Below are positions 9,290 to 19,720 of a DNA stretch of 64,000 bases, piece after piece. The stretch's first letter is position 1; every line of letters begins with the position of its first letter. A model generated the notes under the pieces. The model was not told the DNA's origin, did no database searches, and saw only the letters and a list, made by a program, of their open reading frames with translations. Made by a program: the position numbers and the translations under genes. Source of the DNA: a virus (Duplodnaviria; Caudoviricetes); the IMG/VR virus record IMGVR_UViG_3300033074_000233, positions 32,001 to 96,000 of that record. The stretch is one strand, 5' to 3'.

Positions 9290-10504
9290 TTACAGATAGT
9301 GAATTGTTACGAGTGTGGGGGCTCCACCAAAATACATCGGTCCCATATCGACGGCCGCTTCAAGAATTACAAAGGCCACTACAAGGTTGATAGGAGATAT
9401 GTAAACGAAGAAGTCTTTTACGGCTTGTTCGTTCAGGGAATTTCCAAACTTAGCCAAGTCGTAATACAGGTTAACGTGTGACGTTGGGTACCAAGTACCT
9501 CCGTTCCATACGGGTGTTCCGATGCCCGCGTTGCCTGCAGGAAGCAGCACAGGATATTCGTCGTTACCGTTCTCATACGACCACAGTTGTTCTACGCGGA
9601 AGATCGCCTTAAAACAGTAGCCGAAGAAGTCGGCAAAGTTTTTGGTGCCTTTAGTGTGAATGTAGTATCCACCTAGCGTGTCCGAGAGAATCTGAATAGC
9701 ATCCGAGTTGTCATACTCGGTAGGCAGAGACAGGAAGTCAATGTCATTGTACACGAAACCAAGTTGGTTAAGTTTACGCGCCAGTTCAACGGAGTGTGGC
9801 TTCTCCACAATCTTTACGGCTGTACCAGCAACTTGACCACTTAGAAAGGTAATCTCATTCTGACCTGATACGTAATAGGCCGATTGTGGAACGAAAGCAT
9901 ACTGACTATCAGGAGAAGCCATCGTAGGTTTCGTATACACCAGCAGTCTATTCTTTGTTGGATAGCCTGTGTCGATAGTGCCCGTGCTGAAAATCGTTTG
10001 TAGAGCCGTGGCTTCCTGTGGACCATAAGAGTTCGTAGGACCATGAAAGTTATGAAGGTCAGCAATATCAAAGGCACCAGACGGAATGTTCTCGCGTCTA
10101 GCGATTTTAATTGTCTGACCTACAGCAACAGGCGTGATGAACTCTACGACCTTGTCAGAGGTGCCGTTGTAGTCATACTTGGAGATCAAGGCATACTCGG
10201 AGTCTGGGTCCGTAGTGGCCTTCTGGTATATCTGAATCTTGCTTGTGCCCGGATAGCCAGTGACTATGTTAGACAAGCCAAACACTGATCTTGGCGAATC
10301 TACAACGTCAAACACTTCAGGCGTGCTCTCCGTGCGCGTTACCCACTCCGTTGGGCCGAAGGCAAACGTATCACGCAGCAGGCGGAATACCAACTGTGGA
10401 TCGTCAATAGAGTCCTTGAATACCTCGTCGATTGCCTCTGCGAACTCTTTCCACACAGGCAATTCAGCAAGGTTTGGTGAGAGTAACTTTATTCTGTTGC
10501 CCAT
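9290..10504 (-). CDS. Baseplate wedge protein (P2 gpI / T4 gp7-like position)
   Basis: Between baseplate J and fibre; KGT..F..F and F...SPIN.V motifs; start at MGNRIK overlaps upstream stop (TAATG). Confidence 0.6.
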   Translation of the reverse strand: MGNRIKLLSPNLAELPVWKEFAEAIDEVFKDSIDDPQLVFRLLRDTFAFGPTEWVTRTESTPEVFDVVDSPRSVFGLSNIVTGYPGTSKIQIYQKATTDPDSEYALISKYDYNGTSDKVVEFITPVAVGQTIKIARRENIPSGAFDIADLHNFHGPTNSYGPQEATALQTIFSTGTIDTGYPTKNRLLVYTKPTMASPDSQYAFVPQSAYYVSGQNEITFLSGQVAGTAVKIVEKPHSVELARKLNQLGFVYNDIDFLSLPTEYDNSDAIQILSDTLGGYYIHTKGTKNFADFFGYCFKAIFRVEQLWSYENGNDEYPVLLPAGNAGIGTPVWNGGTWYPTSHVNLYYDLAKFGNSLNEQAVKDFFVYISPINLVVAFVILEAAVDMGPMYFGGAPTLVTIHYL

Positions 10505-12510
10505 TATGTCCTCAGGGAGTAAGACATAGTTATTTTTGTGGCCACATTCACAGTCCATCCGTTATCAGGAGATAGTGACGTGGTACCAGGTAGCAGTATG
10601 ATATTAATTCCAGACGTGTCCGAGTCAGGAAGACCAGACGTTGCGAGTGCTGATCCTAGATCAACGTATGTCGTTACCCCAGGGGCCAGCGCAACACCCA
10701 TCAATTTACCAGGTGCTACCAAATCTCTGCCATAAAGGAAAAGACCTGTGTACTGTCCTGGATACGTAGCAGTAGGTTCCGTCCACGTTATTGTTACGCC
10801 GTTATCTCCTGGGCCAAGCGTTACAGGGAAAGGTCCAAGCGCAATCGTTTCACCGAGAGCATTTATCAGGCTTATCCAGTAGCGGTACGTTGTGCTGGGC
10901 AAAAGCGTACCTCCCAGGTTACCGGGAACAAGCGTTAATTGTGGACGAAGGTCCATCAACTGAGCGATAACATCTACCGAGGGCGTATCCAGCAAAACGT
11001 AGTCAATAGAAGGATGCGAGTTCTTAATGGCGTCGATCAAGTCACTACGGTAAAGGTTGCGACTGATCTGACCAATGTTTGCGCCTTCCTTAAGTGGGCC
11101 GGCTGTAGATATGGCTTCATCCAGAATGCTTTTGATTGCAGGCAGAATATAGTTCTGGCGAACGTCATTCAGGTCAGCCAAGTTGTTGCAGAACACCCGG
11201 GCCTGAACATCAACCAGAATGTCGTTTAGAACAGCACCGTAATCCACGTCGGTAGACGTGGGCCAGAAGCGCATGGAATACATGGTCTTAGCCGTCATGA
11301 ACTCGATAAAGTCGTCATTCGCAACAGCCTGTGACGGGCCTGAGAACATTGGATACGTGATAACCTTAATCGTATTCATGAAGGAAGGACGATTCGGATG
11401 CGTGTCCCTCTGGCCAAGTAAGCGGGCGTCCACTATGCCTGGGTAGTTAAGGGCAAGTACGTTGTAGTCCTGTTCAACTACGCCACGCTCACCTTGATCG
11501 GCTGCATAGATACGTGCGCCGAGTTTCTGATAGTCAACAGCCGAGCGCTGGTTTGCTCCGTCTACTAGGCCATTGGTCAGCGAAGTATACGTGGTATCAA
11601 TCAAGCCAGAATACGTGGTGCAGTTCAGGCTAGAGTTGCTGAACGTGGAGTTACCAGCAGCACCTTTAGTCGTTACATAGGTAAGACGAATTGAGTCCAG
11701 CGAAGTCGGAACAGTGCCGAAGCCTGCGGACAAAGAGCCACCAGTAACCTTTGTGCCAAACAGGACGTGTAACTGACCACGCGAAGTAGTCATGTCTTGC
11801 CAACCCGGAGCCGCGTTCCTGTTGTTCCACAGGCCTTGCGTCTGTCTAGGTACCACAATGTTGTTCACTGTAACTACAACGTCGCTATCACAAATAACGA
11901 AGTTTTCTTCTGTGGAGATAATCGAAAAGAAGTCAGCACCAGTACCACGATAGTTTCTGGTGTTTATGGTTCCTTCATACAGAGCCACGTTCTGCAATTT
12001 AAGGCCTGTAGCCGAGTCAATCTGGTAGCCGTACTCAATCCCCGCGTCAAAGATAATGGCCTCACGGTTGAACAGGAGACCACTGCTGCTGCTAAACTGG
12101 GTATAGGCAGGAATCGTGTAGGCATTAGACAATGGATAAGACAGGCTATCCAGACGTTTGATACCTGGATTTGGTGTTAGGTTTACAGGAAAGCCACTTG
12201 GGTCTGCTACAGGTATATAGCAATCCATTGGAACCGAAGCAGGAGTTCTACGCGACAGACGCACACCAAGCATCTTGGTGATGCCCATTACGGTGCTATC
12301 AATACGCGCGGTCTCCGAGAACATTTCTTGGAACAGGCGCTGAATTGAATATTGGTCAAGTTCACCAACGGCCGCTACGAACTCCGTGAAAGTCTGACCT
12401 GTAGCAGTAGGAAGCAAGTCCTTCCACGCATTCTTTCCAGCCAGAACGTTCTGGAATTGGATAACAAGCGCGTCGAAGTCCGGATGAATTGTTGATAGTG
12501 ACTGTGACAT
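10504..12510 (-). CDS. Baseplate wedge protein J / gp6-like
   Basis: E.F.ETAR..S, LG...SRR.PA, Y.TT.G..GN and RGVVEQDY motifs; adjacent to gp25. Confidence 0.8.
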   Translation of the reverse strand: MSQSLSTIHPDFDALVIQFQNVLAGKNAWKDLLPTATGQTFTEFVAAVGELDQYSIQRLFQEMFSETARIDSTVMGITKMLGVRLSRRTPASVPMDCYIPVADPSGFPVNLTPNPGIKRLDSLSYPLSNAYTIPAYTQFSSSSGLLFNREAIIFDAGIEYGYQIDSATGLKLQNVALYEGTINTRNYRGTGADFFSIISTEENFVICDSDVVVTVNNIVVPRQTQGLWNNRNAAPGWQDMTTSRGQLHVLFGTKVTGGSLSAGFGTVPTSLDSIRLTYVTTKGAAGNSTFSNSSLNCTTYSGLIDTTYTSLTNGLVDGANQRSAVDYQKLGARIYAADQGERGVVEQDYNVLALNYPGIVDARLLGQRDTHPNRPSFMNTIKVITYPMFSGPSQAVANDDFIEFMTAKTMYSMRFWPTSTDVDYGAVLNDILVDVQARVFCNNLADLNDVRQNYILPAIKSILDEAISTAGPLKEGANIGQISRNLYRSDLIDAIKNSHPSIDYVLLDTPSVDVIAQLMDLRPQLTLVPGNLGGTLLPSTTYRYWISLINALGETIALGPFPVTLGPGDNGVTITWTEPTATYPGQYTGLFLYGRDLVAPGKLMGVALAPGVTTYVDLGSALATSGLPDSDTSGINIILLPGTTSLSPDNGWTVNVATKITMSYSLRT

Positions 12511-12514
12511 TTGA

Positions 12515-12892
12515 TTACCTGCTTACTACCAAGCCCAAACCACTAATCGTGTTCAGTTTGGGTATTGTGAAAGTGATTTGTATATCGAATCCGCCTGTAG
12601 GCAAGGGCGTCACTCTGGTCTGGTCTCTAATCAACTGTACTCTGGGCTCCCAGCGTTCGATTGACTGTACCAGATAGGTCTCTAGCTGAAAAGCCGTAGT
12701 GTCGTCACTAGGCTCTTGTATAAACTGCCAGAGCCTTGAGCCGTAATCAGGCCTGCGATAACGACTGCCTAACGGAGTAGTCAGGATGTTGTATATGGAG
12801 TTCTTAATCGCCTTTTCGTTATCGACTAACTCAGAATCCGCCGTCTGTCCAACCAGCGTATTCACGTCGCGGTAAATCACATACGCTGCCAT
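12515..12892 (-). CDS. Baseplate wedge gp25/GpW-like protein
   Basis: AIKNSIYNILTTPLGSR..RPDYGS.L...WEPRV signature. Confidence 0.9.
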   Translation of the reverse strand: MAAYVIYRDVNTLVGQTADSELVDNEKAIKNSIYNILTTPLGSRYRRPDYGSRLWQFIQEPSDDTTAFQLETYLVQSIERWEPRVQLIRDQTRVTPLPTGGFDIQITFTIPKLNTISGLGLVVSR

Positions 12893-12900
12893 GGGTCACC

Positions 12901-13575
12901 TTATGGAAGTGGGAACGGAGGTATAGAAATTCCCGAAGTTGTTACTGCTGTGCCTATTCCTAGATAGTGGAGCGTGTCATATATGTAGGTTTGCTGTGAC
13001 GCCTTAGATATTGCAACTCCTGTTGGCGTGTAGTCCGTAAACATTGAGCCCATGCCGAAGTCACTTATAAGTAGGCGCGCCGTGTTCAGTGCAATGTTGT
13101 ACTGGGTTTCTTCTACGTTAGAGGTTACGGAAGTTGTTACTGTTGCAATAGACGCTACCATCTTGGCTGATGTATACGGAGGAGGTCCACCGACTACAAT
13201 CATGTCGTCGTACCAGTCGACAGGATTGGATATTGTAGAAGCGGTAAAGCCGTCCATGTCGTATATGACGTAGGCATCCATCAGACCAATGGAACCAAAA
13301 CTCGTACCGTAGGCTACGTTAAGTGCGATGTATCCGTAGAGGGCTTGGATTAAATCCCGCCCTTTCTCTAGGGACCGCGGTACTTTGGTTGCGTTCTTCC
13401 ACGCGTTCATCTGTGTCATTAAATTAGTGAAGTAAACGTGCCATGCGGCTAATGCCGATGCATCAGCAATATAGTTTGTGTAGGTCCAATCCTCCTGATC
13501 AGTCAGTGCAACATAGAAGGCTGGGTAGTAGTCATTAACCCAAGTTTCGATTTCGGTTCCGGCATTAACTGGCAT
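12901..13575 (-). CDS. Hypothetical protein in baseplate cluster
   Basis: ORF tightly packed between PAAR and gp25 genes. Confidence 0.65.
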   Translation of the reverse strand: MPVNAGTEIETWVNDYYPAFYVALTDQEDWTYTNYIADASALAAWHVYFTNLMTQMNAWKNATKVPRSLEKGRDLIQALYGYIALNVAYGTSFGSIGLMDAYVIYDMDGFTASTISNPVDWYDDMIVVGGPPPYTSAKMVASIATVTTSVTSNVEETQYNIALNTARLLISDFGMGSMFTDYTPTGVAISKASQQTYIYDTLHYLGIGTAVTTSGISIPPFPLP

Positions 13576-13576
13576 G

Positions 13577-13882
13577 TTAGAGTCCTGCTAGAACATTGGG
13601 TGCGCCCACAATCATGTTGTACGAACCTCCAGGCGGAAGTCCCATATCACCAAGTCTGTGAACACCTAAGCCTACAGCAATTACAGTGGCGGCGCCTGTT
13701 AGGGCCACACTCACATGGCCACAACTGCACATTCCAATACTTCCAATCTGTGCAATCGGCGGACCTACAGCAAGGGTTGTTGGAGCCCCTGTGAGAATAG
13801 TTACGTTTATAGGCACTGGAATTATGTGTGCAGTACAAGTACCTACACCTATGTCTCCAATACGGCAGACTGGAACGCCCAT
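13577..13882 (-). CDS. PAAR-like spike tip protein
   Basis: PVCRIGD, PIAQIGS, CSCGH, GVHRLGD repeats; directly after spike gene. Confidence 0.85.
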   Translation of the reverse strand: MGVPVCRIGDIGVGTCTAHIIPVPINVTILTGAPTTLAVGPPIAQIGSIGMCSCGHVSVALTGAATVIAVGLGVHRLGDMGLPPGGSYNMIVGAPNVLAGL

Positions 13883-13891
13883 TGTGTCACC

Positions 13892-14605
13892 TCAGTTAAG
13901 CGTAATGAGTCCACTATTCACGGCTATTGTTGCAGGTGTTACGCTTATGGAAGAAGCACCTACGGTAACGGTAGCCGAAGCTGAGGCTGTAACCGTTACG
14001 CTAGTGGCGTTTACCGTAGAGGTCGTGGCATTAACCGTTACGTTATCCGAATTGACCGTCGTGTCTGTTGCGTTGACTATAACCGTAGGTGAATTAACTG
14101 TGGTAGTTCCTGTTACATTCACGTTTAGGTCTTTAACCGAAGTTACCGTGATAGTTCCATCGGGTGCAATGTTTATCAAGGAGTTGACAGCATTCTGAAT
14201 CAGAATATCGCCAGTAGCACGATTGATCTTTAGATAGTTGGAACCGTCACTAAAGCCCCAGGCATTCGGGTATTCCGCGCCGAAGACGGTACTAGCAAAG
14301 AACTGGGTGTTCAGAATGTCCGTGCTATAGATGGGAGAGTGTATGTTGCCTAGTTGGAAGAAAACGTAGACCTTGCTTCCTGCCAGGGGAATCATGCACG
14401 AAGCAGAACCACCTACGTTTCCTGCTGGGCCTGCCATACGATCAGGAATAGCCCAAGGCAAATCACCGTCGGCTACGTTGTCAAAGATATGTGGAACACG
14501 CACGGTTACACGACCCATTTTCTGTGGGTCGTTTCCGTTGACTACGGTTCCTACGTAGATAACGTCCTTGACATTCTGATTGCGTAGGTTTAATGGATTC
14601 TGCAT
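13892..14605 (-). CDS. Baseplate central spike (gp5/GpV OB-fold plus beta-helix)
   Basis: GTVV..DP...GRV.VRVP...WA.P...P..GS.V.V.F..G...P; Val/Thr/Asn repeats at C-terminus. Confidence 0.85.
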   Translation of the reverse strand: MQNPLNLRNQNVKDVIYVGTVVNGNDPQKMGRVTVRVPHIFDNVADGDLPWAIPDRMAGPAGNVGGSASCMIPLAGSKVYVFFQLGNIHSPIYSTDILNTQFFASTVFGAEYPNAWGFSDGSNYLKINRATGDILIQNAVNSLINIAPDGTITVTSVKDLNVNVTGTTTVNSPTVIVNATDTTVNSDNVTVNATTSTVNATSVTVTASASATVTVGASSISVTPATIAVNSGLITLN

Positions 14606-14615
14606 GGCTTAGTCC

Positions 14616-15785
14616 TTACTGTGCCGCCGAATTTTGCGCGGTCATTTGGTTACTTAGTACCGTAGTGAAGTTGTAGCCCTGACGCGCCAGTTCAAACTTT
14701 TCGTAATACTTACCAGACTTAGTTGCGAAAATGGTTTTGGCAATGATGATATATCCACCGCTTACTGCCTCATCCACTTTAACTTCGGATGTGGCGTTGT
14801 CATATACGATGTACTTTACAGGGTCGAACAAATCTAGGCCAGTAACCTGATCGGTAACTACCTGCATTCCCATGGCATATGTTGCTTTAATTCTGGTGTT
14901 CTGGTGCTCAGCCTTGTAGTAATTCGGATGGGTATTTCCCGAATCAATTGGCGTCATCACAACGCGCGAACCTTCCAGACGGTCATTCAGAACTTTGTTT
15001 ATCTGAAGGGTAGGCGAGGAATTCATCACGAACTTTACGCTGTTGTGATTCGTAACATCCGAAGGCGTTTGCTCAACGGTTTCCATCTTGTAGCCAACTA
15101 GGTTGTTAAAGAAACCAGCCTTGCTGACCTCTTTTCTACCCAGGATACGAAAGGAGTTCTTGGCATCACCTGAGCCTTGAACAAATACGTTCTTGGTAGT
15201 AGTTACGTTAATACCCGCTAGGTCCTTATAGCGCATTTGTCCAAGCAGCGTCATGCCCAACACCATACAACTCTGATCGGTTGCATAGCCATGCAGAGCC
15301 ACGTCTTTGGCAAACTCACAACGCTTCTGTCCCGCAGACAGCCAAGTCTGAGCGTCCGAGGTCTGATCTCCAGCAAAGTTCACGCCAATAAGAGTGGATA
15401 TTTGTTGGAGTACCTGAGTCGAGGAACCCGTTATGGAACCACGGGAGTTCTCGTTGAAGTAGCGCGGGCAGTTGAACGTGAGGAATATATCAAAGTTGTT
15501 TATCTTGCCATTCTTGTACTTACGGAACTTAAACACCCGGAATCTGTACAAGTAAGCCTCTGACTTGGAATCAGAGCGGCCTACGTATATATCAACCTTG
15601 GAGCCGTCGGCCAACGGATTTTTCTCGAAGTATCCGTAGATATCCGCAAGCATAATGCGGGCCATAGGTTGGGCGAACATCACGTTACTGTGCATCTGCA
15701 ACGGATCAAAGCCCATCCTTTCTACAGGAATCTCGGCTCCGTCTATCAGAATCATTAGGAAGAAGGTGTCGCCCAACTTAATCAT
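14616..15785 (-). CDS. Baseplate hub protein (gp27/GpD-like)
   Basis: Size and position immediately upstream of spike. Confidence 0.55.
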   Translation of the reverse strand: MIKLGDTFFLMILIDGAEIPVERMGFDPLQMHSNVMFAQPMARIMLADIYGYFEKNPLADGSKVDIYVGRSDSKSEAYLYRFRVFKFRKYKNGKINNFDIFLTFNCPRYFNENSRGSITGSSTQVLQQISTLIGVNFAGDQTSDAQTWLSAGQKRCEFAKDVALHGYATDQSCMVLGMTLLGQMRYKDLAGINVTTTKNVFVQGSGDAKNSFRILGRKEVSKAGFFNNLVGYKMETVEQTPSDVTNHNSVKFVMNSSPTLQINKVLNDRLEGSRVVMTPIDSGNTHPNYYKAEHQNTRIKATYAMGMQVVTDQVTGLDLFDPVKYIVYDNATSEVKVDEAVSGGYIIIAKTIFATKSGKYYEKFELARQGYNFTTVLSNQMTAQNSAAQ

Positions 15786-16180
15786 TAGCGCAACTCCGCC
15801 GTGATCGCACCCGAGAACGATGCGTTAGGGAACGCGGTATTGGACGTATCATTCGCCTTGTTCTGCAGGACGAACTCCACGTCGGCACGTGAAGGAATAC
15901 GTAGGAAGTTTCCCGTTACAAGTTCCCACAGTGGGTTCAGGATGCCGTTGTAGACACCAATCACCCACCACAGGTCAGGTGTACCGTAGACCTTGTTACT
16001 GATAATGTCCAGTCTGTACTCGTTGTCATCCGTAACTTGGAAAGCCGTGAAGTTACTTATGTTTCTTAGGGCTTCGCTGTATCTAGCCGAGTACAAGTCA
16101 AGGGCCTTTATCCTACCTGCGTCTGTGGTTATAAACAGGACCGGTAGGTAAGTTCCTCTATCGTATATAGAACCAGCCAT
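15785..16180 (-). CDS. Baseplate LysM/gp53-like protein
   Basis: RLDIISNKVYGTPDLWWVI..YN.I.NP...G..LRIP. Confidence 0.8.
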   Translation of the reverse strand: MAGSIYDRGTYLPVLFITTDAGRIKALDLYSARYSEALRNISNFTAFQVTDDNEYRLDIISNKVYGTPDLWWVIGVYNGILNPLWELVTGNFLRIPSRADVEFVLQNKANDTSNTAFPNASFSGAITAELR

Positions 16181-16192
16181 GTCTTAATCCTC

Positions 16193-17404
16193 TTAGGCCT
16201 GACTATTGTTCGCCGCGGTCTGTGTGGAACTAGGAATCTTGTAGATAGCGTTGAGGTCTTGAACGGTAACGTCGAACAGAGTCGTAAACTGGACGTTCAC
16301 GGTTGCACGAATCGGACGACCGTTTGCATCAAGGCGCATGTCGTATGCGGTACTCACGCTATCAATGACCACTTCCTTGAAGTACAGGAAGTTTCCAATA
16401 TACACCGACGTCCAAGTAAGGAGTTCTAGTTCATTGTCGATGATAGACTGGAGTTTCTGAGCCACGCTATTAATGGTGTCAGCAATAGCAGTTCCGTTTG
16501 CTATAGATTGTACGGGACCCGAGTTAGCAACAGAAGTGGCAGCACCAGATACTCCACTTATAACGCTGTTATAAAGTTGCATAAAACTATTGTCGCCATC
16601 CGTGTTCTCGGTTTGCGCTGTGTCCACGTTGTTCTGCGGAGTTACCAAGGCGTTGTTGGCACTGTCACCCGTCTGCGTTGCTGTAGACGTTGATTCGGCA
16701 TCGGTCTTCTTGAACCTGTAAGTAGCGCCTGGTGGTGACAGGAACAGGTTCTTCTTACCGTTTGCGGCTGAGGTCTGTGACGGAGCCACGAGTTTCTGCA
16801 ACTTGAGAATAGCCGCGTGAATATCACGGTCACTATCACCTGGCGGGCGAGTATCATCAAGGGCGAAGATAATAGGAACCTGCATCGTTATGCCTTGAGT
16901 AGATTCCCACACCTTGAACGACATTTCTCTGGAAACACCAGAGAAGCCAAAGGCCTTTATCGAGTTGTTCACGAACCCGCCACCAGACAGCAGGCCCTCA
17001 CCGAAGGCTCGCTGATATGTAGCGGATATGTCTAGGCTAACCTGCTCAGGAAGCCAGGCAGATACCCACACAGGATCCGATTCCCGAAAGTTATTCACGA
17101 TGAAGATTTTGTGCTTGTACGCACCATCTTTCTCAAGTGCGGCCTGAATACCAAGAGGAACACCTCCTATGTAGTTCAGGCCCTGCGAGTTTGCTACATC
17201 TTGTCCGGCAACTCCTTTTCCTAGTTCCCGGGCAGCCTCAAGGCCCAGGCCCAGTTTTAATGTTGCTCCAGCAACCCTGCCTAGAGGACTATTTAGGGCT
17301 GAGGACACTGAGGCTGAGGCTAAGCCGAATGCGGCTACTGTTCTAACAGCAACGGACTTAGCCGCATTCAGTCCATTATTCACTACTTGCGTTGCACCAG
17401 CCAT
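16193..17404 (-). CDS. Tail tube initiator / baseplate-tube protein
   Basis: C-terminal IG...F..VVIDSVS..YD...GRP.RATVNVQF motif; synteny. Confidence 0.55.
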   Translation of the reverse strand: MAGATQVVNNGLNAAKSVAVRTVAAFGLASASVSSALNSPLGRVAGATLKLGLGLEAARELGKGVAGQDVANSQGLNYIGGVPLGIQAALEKDGAYKHKIFIVNNFRESDPVWVSAWLPEQVSLDISATYQRAFGEGLLSGGGFVNNSIKAFGFSGVSREMSFKVWESTQGITMQVPIIFALDDTRPPGDSDRDIHAAILKLQKLVAPSQTSAANGKKNLFLSPPGATYRFKKTDAESTSTATQTGDSANNALVTPQNNVDTAQTENTDGDNSFMQLYNSVISGVSGAATSVANSGPVQSIANGTAIADTINSVAQKLQSIIDNELELLTWTSVYIGNFLYFKEVVIDSVSTAYDMRLDANGRPIRATVNVQFTTLFDVTVQDLNAIYKIPSSTQTAANNSQA

Positions 17405-17406
17405 GT

Positions 17407-19524
17407 TTATACCAACCCTCCAATGGAGATAAGCATTAGACCAGTGTCATCGACAAACATAGGTATGCTGTCAATGGACACTGGATTTTCTGCATTCTGG
17501 CCGACAGGACTTGCAGGTGGAGACGCAGGCGCTTGTTGTACTGGAGCAGGTGCAGGACCTATAGGAGCAGCGCGTGTTACCGAGGCACCTGAGTTAGCCT
17601 TACCTGACGTGTCTATTCTGTCAACTCTGAAAGTCTTGTCACCGAACTGTCCTTGACCTCTTTCCTCAGCACTGTTTACGCGAAGCACCTCTGCTGTTTG
17701 CATGGCAGTAGCCTTACCGCGCTCAACCTTATCGTAGAAAATCGCCAAGGCCTCACGGTTGGTCCTTCTTTTAGTTTTCTTATTACCGTCTTTATAGAAG
17801 ATATCCGGATTTGAAGTTTCCGTAGAGGGTGCGTCTGGGTTTGTTTTAACAGCCTTCAGGAACCGTTTTGCGCCAGTGACGCCCAATACGTAGGCTATAT
17901 AGGTGTTTTCGTCTGTTGCCACTACAGGGTCTTTACCCGACTCAAGTTGCCGCTGTTGGTCACCCAGGTATAGATCGGCCGCACGTATGGACGATCTAGG
18001 ATCCATGGCGTCTGCTTTAAGACCTGGATTTTTCTTATTTACTTCATCAAGGGTGGACTGCTCAAACTGGGCGATACCCTGAGCACCAACTAACTTTCCT
18101 TTATCATTCCGACGTGCCTTTTGTGCTTTTTCGTCTAGGCCTAGAGTAGACTCACTCGCTAGTACGGTGGCGAGCAGTCCAGAACTCACGCCCTTAGCAC
18201 CATTTTTCTCCCTGGCATCACGAATAAGATCAGCAACCGTGGCCTCACCTCTATTGTACTTTTGGGTTAGATCGTAGTTTCCTGTGGCTTCCATGCCAAA
18301 GTTCGTGAGTTCTCTAACGGCCGCAGTATCAGAGACATTTGTTCCTAGGTAGTTAAGAGCATCACCAGGACCGTGAACATCTTTCCACTCGTGTATTCTT
18401 TTGCCTTCTAGGAGACCCTTTAAGCCATCGTAAACTGTATATGCAAGGGCTGCAGCTGCGGCAAAGCGGGCTACGGCTGCAGCAAGTGTTTTCAGCGAGG
18501 TACCCAGAGGTAGAAGATCAGCACCTGACCCACCACCGTTTATAGCGTTCTCAACTACCTGAGTTGCTTCCAGAATCTGCGAGGAAGTGGCTGTAGCATT
18601 CAGGTCTTCCAGCAGCGACTTGATTTCCTTAGTGGTCTTGAGTAGAACCTTGTCGTGCTCAAGTGTCTCTTCCTGAAACATTCTTTCGCTGTTTTCTTTG
18701 GCCTCTCCTTGGTTCTCGAAACGCGCGGCCTGCGTCTCACGCTCACGCCTAACAATCTGGGACTCTTTTAGGGAGTTGGACCAGTATTCCTTTACGGCAT
18801 TGTAGAACGACTTATCCTCACCCAGCATTTCCTTTAGTGTATGCACTGTGGGCGAAGTATTACCCAAGAAAGGCGTTAGCAGTTCCTTGGATATTGCATC
18901 CTTACGCGAGCCTACTGACTGTTGCAGTTTGAGAGCCTGCGACATGAAAGTGTGCCAGTCCTTTCTGGCCAGTTCGGTGTTCTTCTTGTAAATCTTGGCT
19001 AGGCCGTCAACGTCCGTCTTCTTGCCTGCACCACTAGCCATCATAGCCGCATGTAGATCAGCCGTGCCCAACTGACCCATCTTGATGGCCGAAATGCTCT
19101 CGGCCAGTTTCTTCATCAGAGGACTAAGCGTCGCAAGGGATTCGTCTGATACTGCTTGACGCTTGGACAACTTGTTGATTACGGTCAGGACCTCTTTGAG
19201 TTCCTGACGCATTTCCTTCAGTTCTTTCAGGTCTTTCGGCTTACCGTCTTTACCGGTGTTAGCCTTCTGAGCCTTAGATAGTTCCGCAAGCACGGCCTCG
19301 TAGTCAGCGCCTGCACTGACGATATTACGCATGGCTTTTTCAAGAGCCTTGCGAGCCTTGTCCATCTCGGCCTTATCTCTTGGATCGACTTGCATCAAGT
19401 AAGCCAAGTCTTTCGCATAGTCTGGAGGCATTCGCTTGTTAGTGCGGTTGCCTAGACCGAGATAGGCCTGTCCAGCGGACACGCGCGGGATAGCGCGGCC
19501 GCCGGCAGTACGGTTTTGTGGCAT
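17407..19524 (-). CDS. Tape-measure-like tail protein with lytic transglycosylase (SLT) domain
   Basis: Helical N-terminal 400 aa; ES...GAQGIAQF...AA.LYL...AY..G SLT motifs. Confidence 0.7.
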   Translation of the reverse strand: MPQNRTAGGRAIPRVSAGQAYLGLGNRTNKRMPPDYAKDLAYLMQVDPRDKAEMDKARKALEKAMRNIVSAGADYEAVLAELSKAQKANTGKDGKPKDLKELKEMRQELKEVLTVINKLSKRQAVSDESLATLSPLMKKLAESISAIKMGQLGTADLHAAMMASGAGKKTDVDGLAKIYKKNTELARKDWHTFMSQALKLQQSVGSRKDAISKELLTPFLGNTSPTVHTLKEMLGEDKSFYNAVKEYWSNSLKESQIVRRERETQAARFENQGEAKENSERMFQEETLEHDKVLLKTTKEIKSLLEDLNATATSSQILEATQVVENAINGGGSGADLLPLGTSLKTLAAAVARFAAAAALAYTVYDGLKGLLEGKRIHEWKDVHGPGDALNYLGTNVSDTAAVRELTNFGMEATGNYDLTQKYNRGEATVADLIRDAREKNGAKGVSSGLLATVLASESTLGLDEKAQKARRNDKGKLVGAQGIAQFEQSTLDEVNKKNPGLKADAMDPRSSIRAADLYLGDQQRQLESGKDPVVATDENTYIAYVLGVTGAKRFLKAVKTNPDAPSTETSNPDIFYKDGNKKTKRRTNREALAIFYDKVERGKATAMQTAEVLRVNSAEERGQGQFGDKTFRVDRIDTSGKANSGASVTRAAPIGPAPAPVQQAPASPPASPVGQNAENPVSIDSIPMFVDDTGLMLISIGGLV

Positions 19525-19530
19525 AACACA

Positions 19531-19720
19531 TTACCTCGCCTTGTTAATAAGGTCCTGCTGCATCTTGGCGTTGTGCGCGTCGCGCAGGTCCTTATCGAGC
19601 ATGTCAGTCAAGTAAACAAACTCACGGAAATCAATATCATTTGGGAGATTGATGTGCATACGGGCGTGGTAGGAGTACACGCGATCCAGGATATTACGCT
19701 CGCTGAATCGCGGGAAAAAA
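19531..19720 (-). CDS. Tail assembly chaperone C-terminal part (gp51/GT-like), possibly reached by frameshift
   Basis: Short ORF between chaperone and tape-measure-like gene with no obvious RBS; overlaps upstream gene at TTTTTTCCC. Confidence 0.5.
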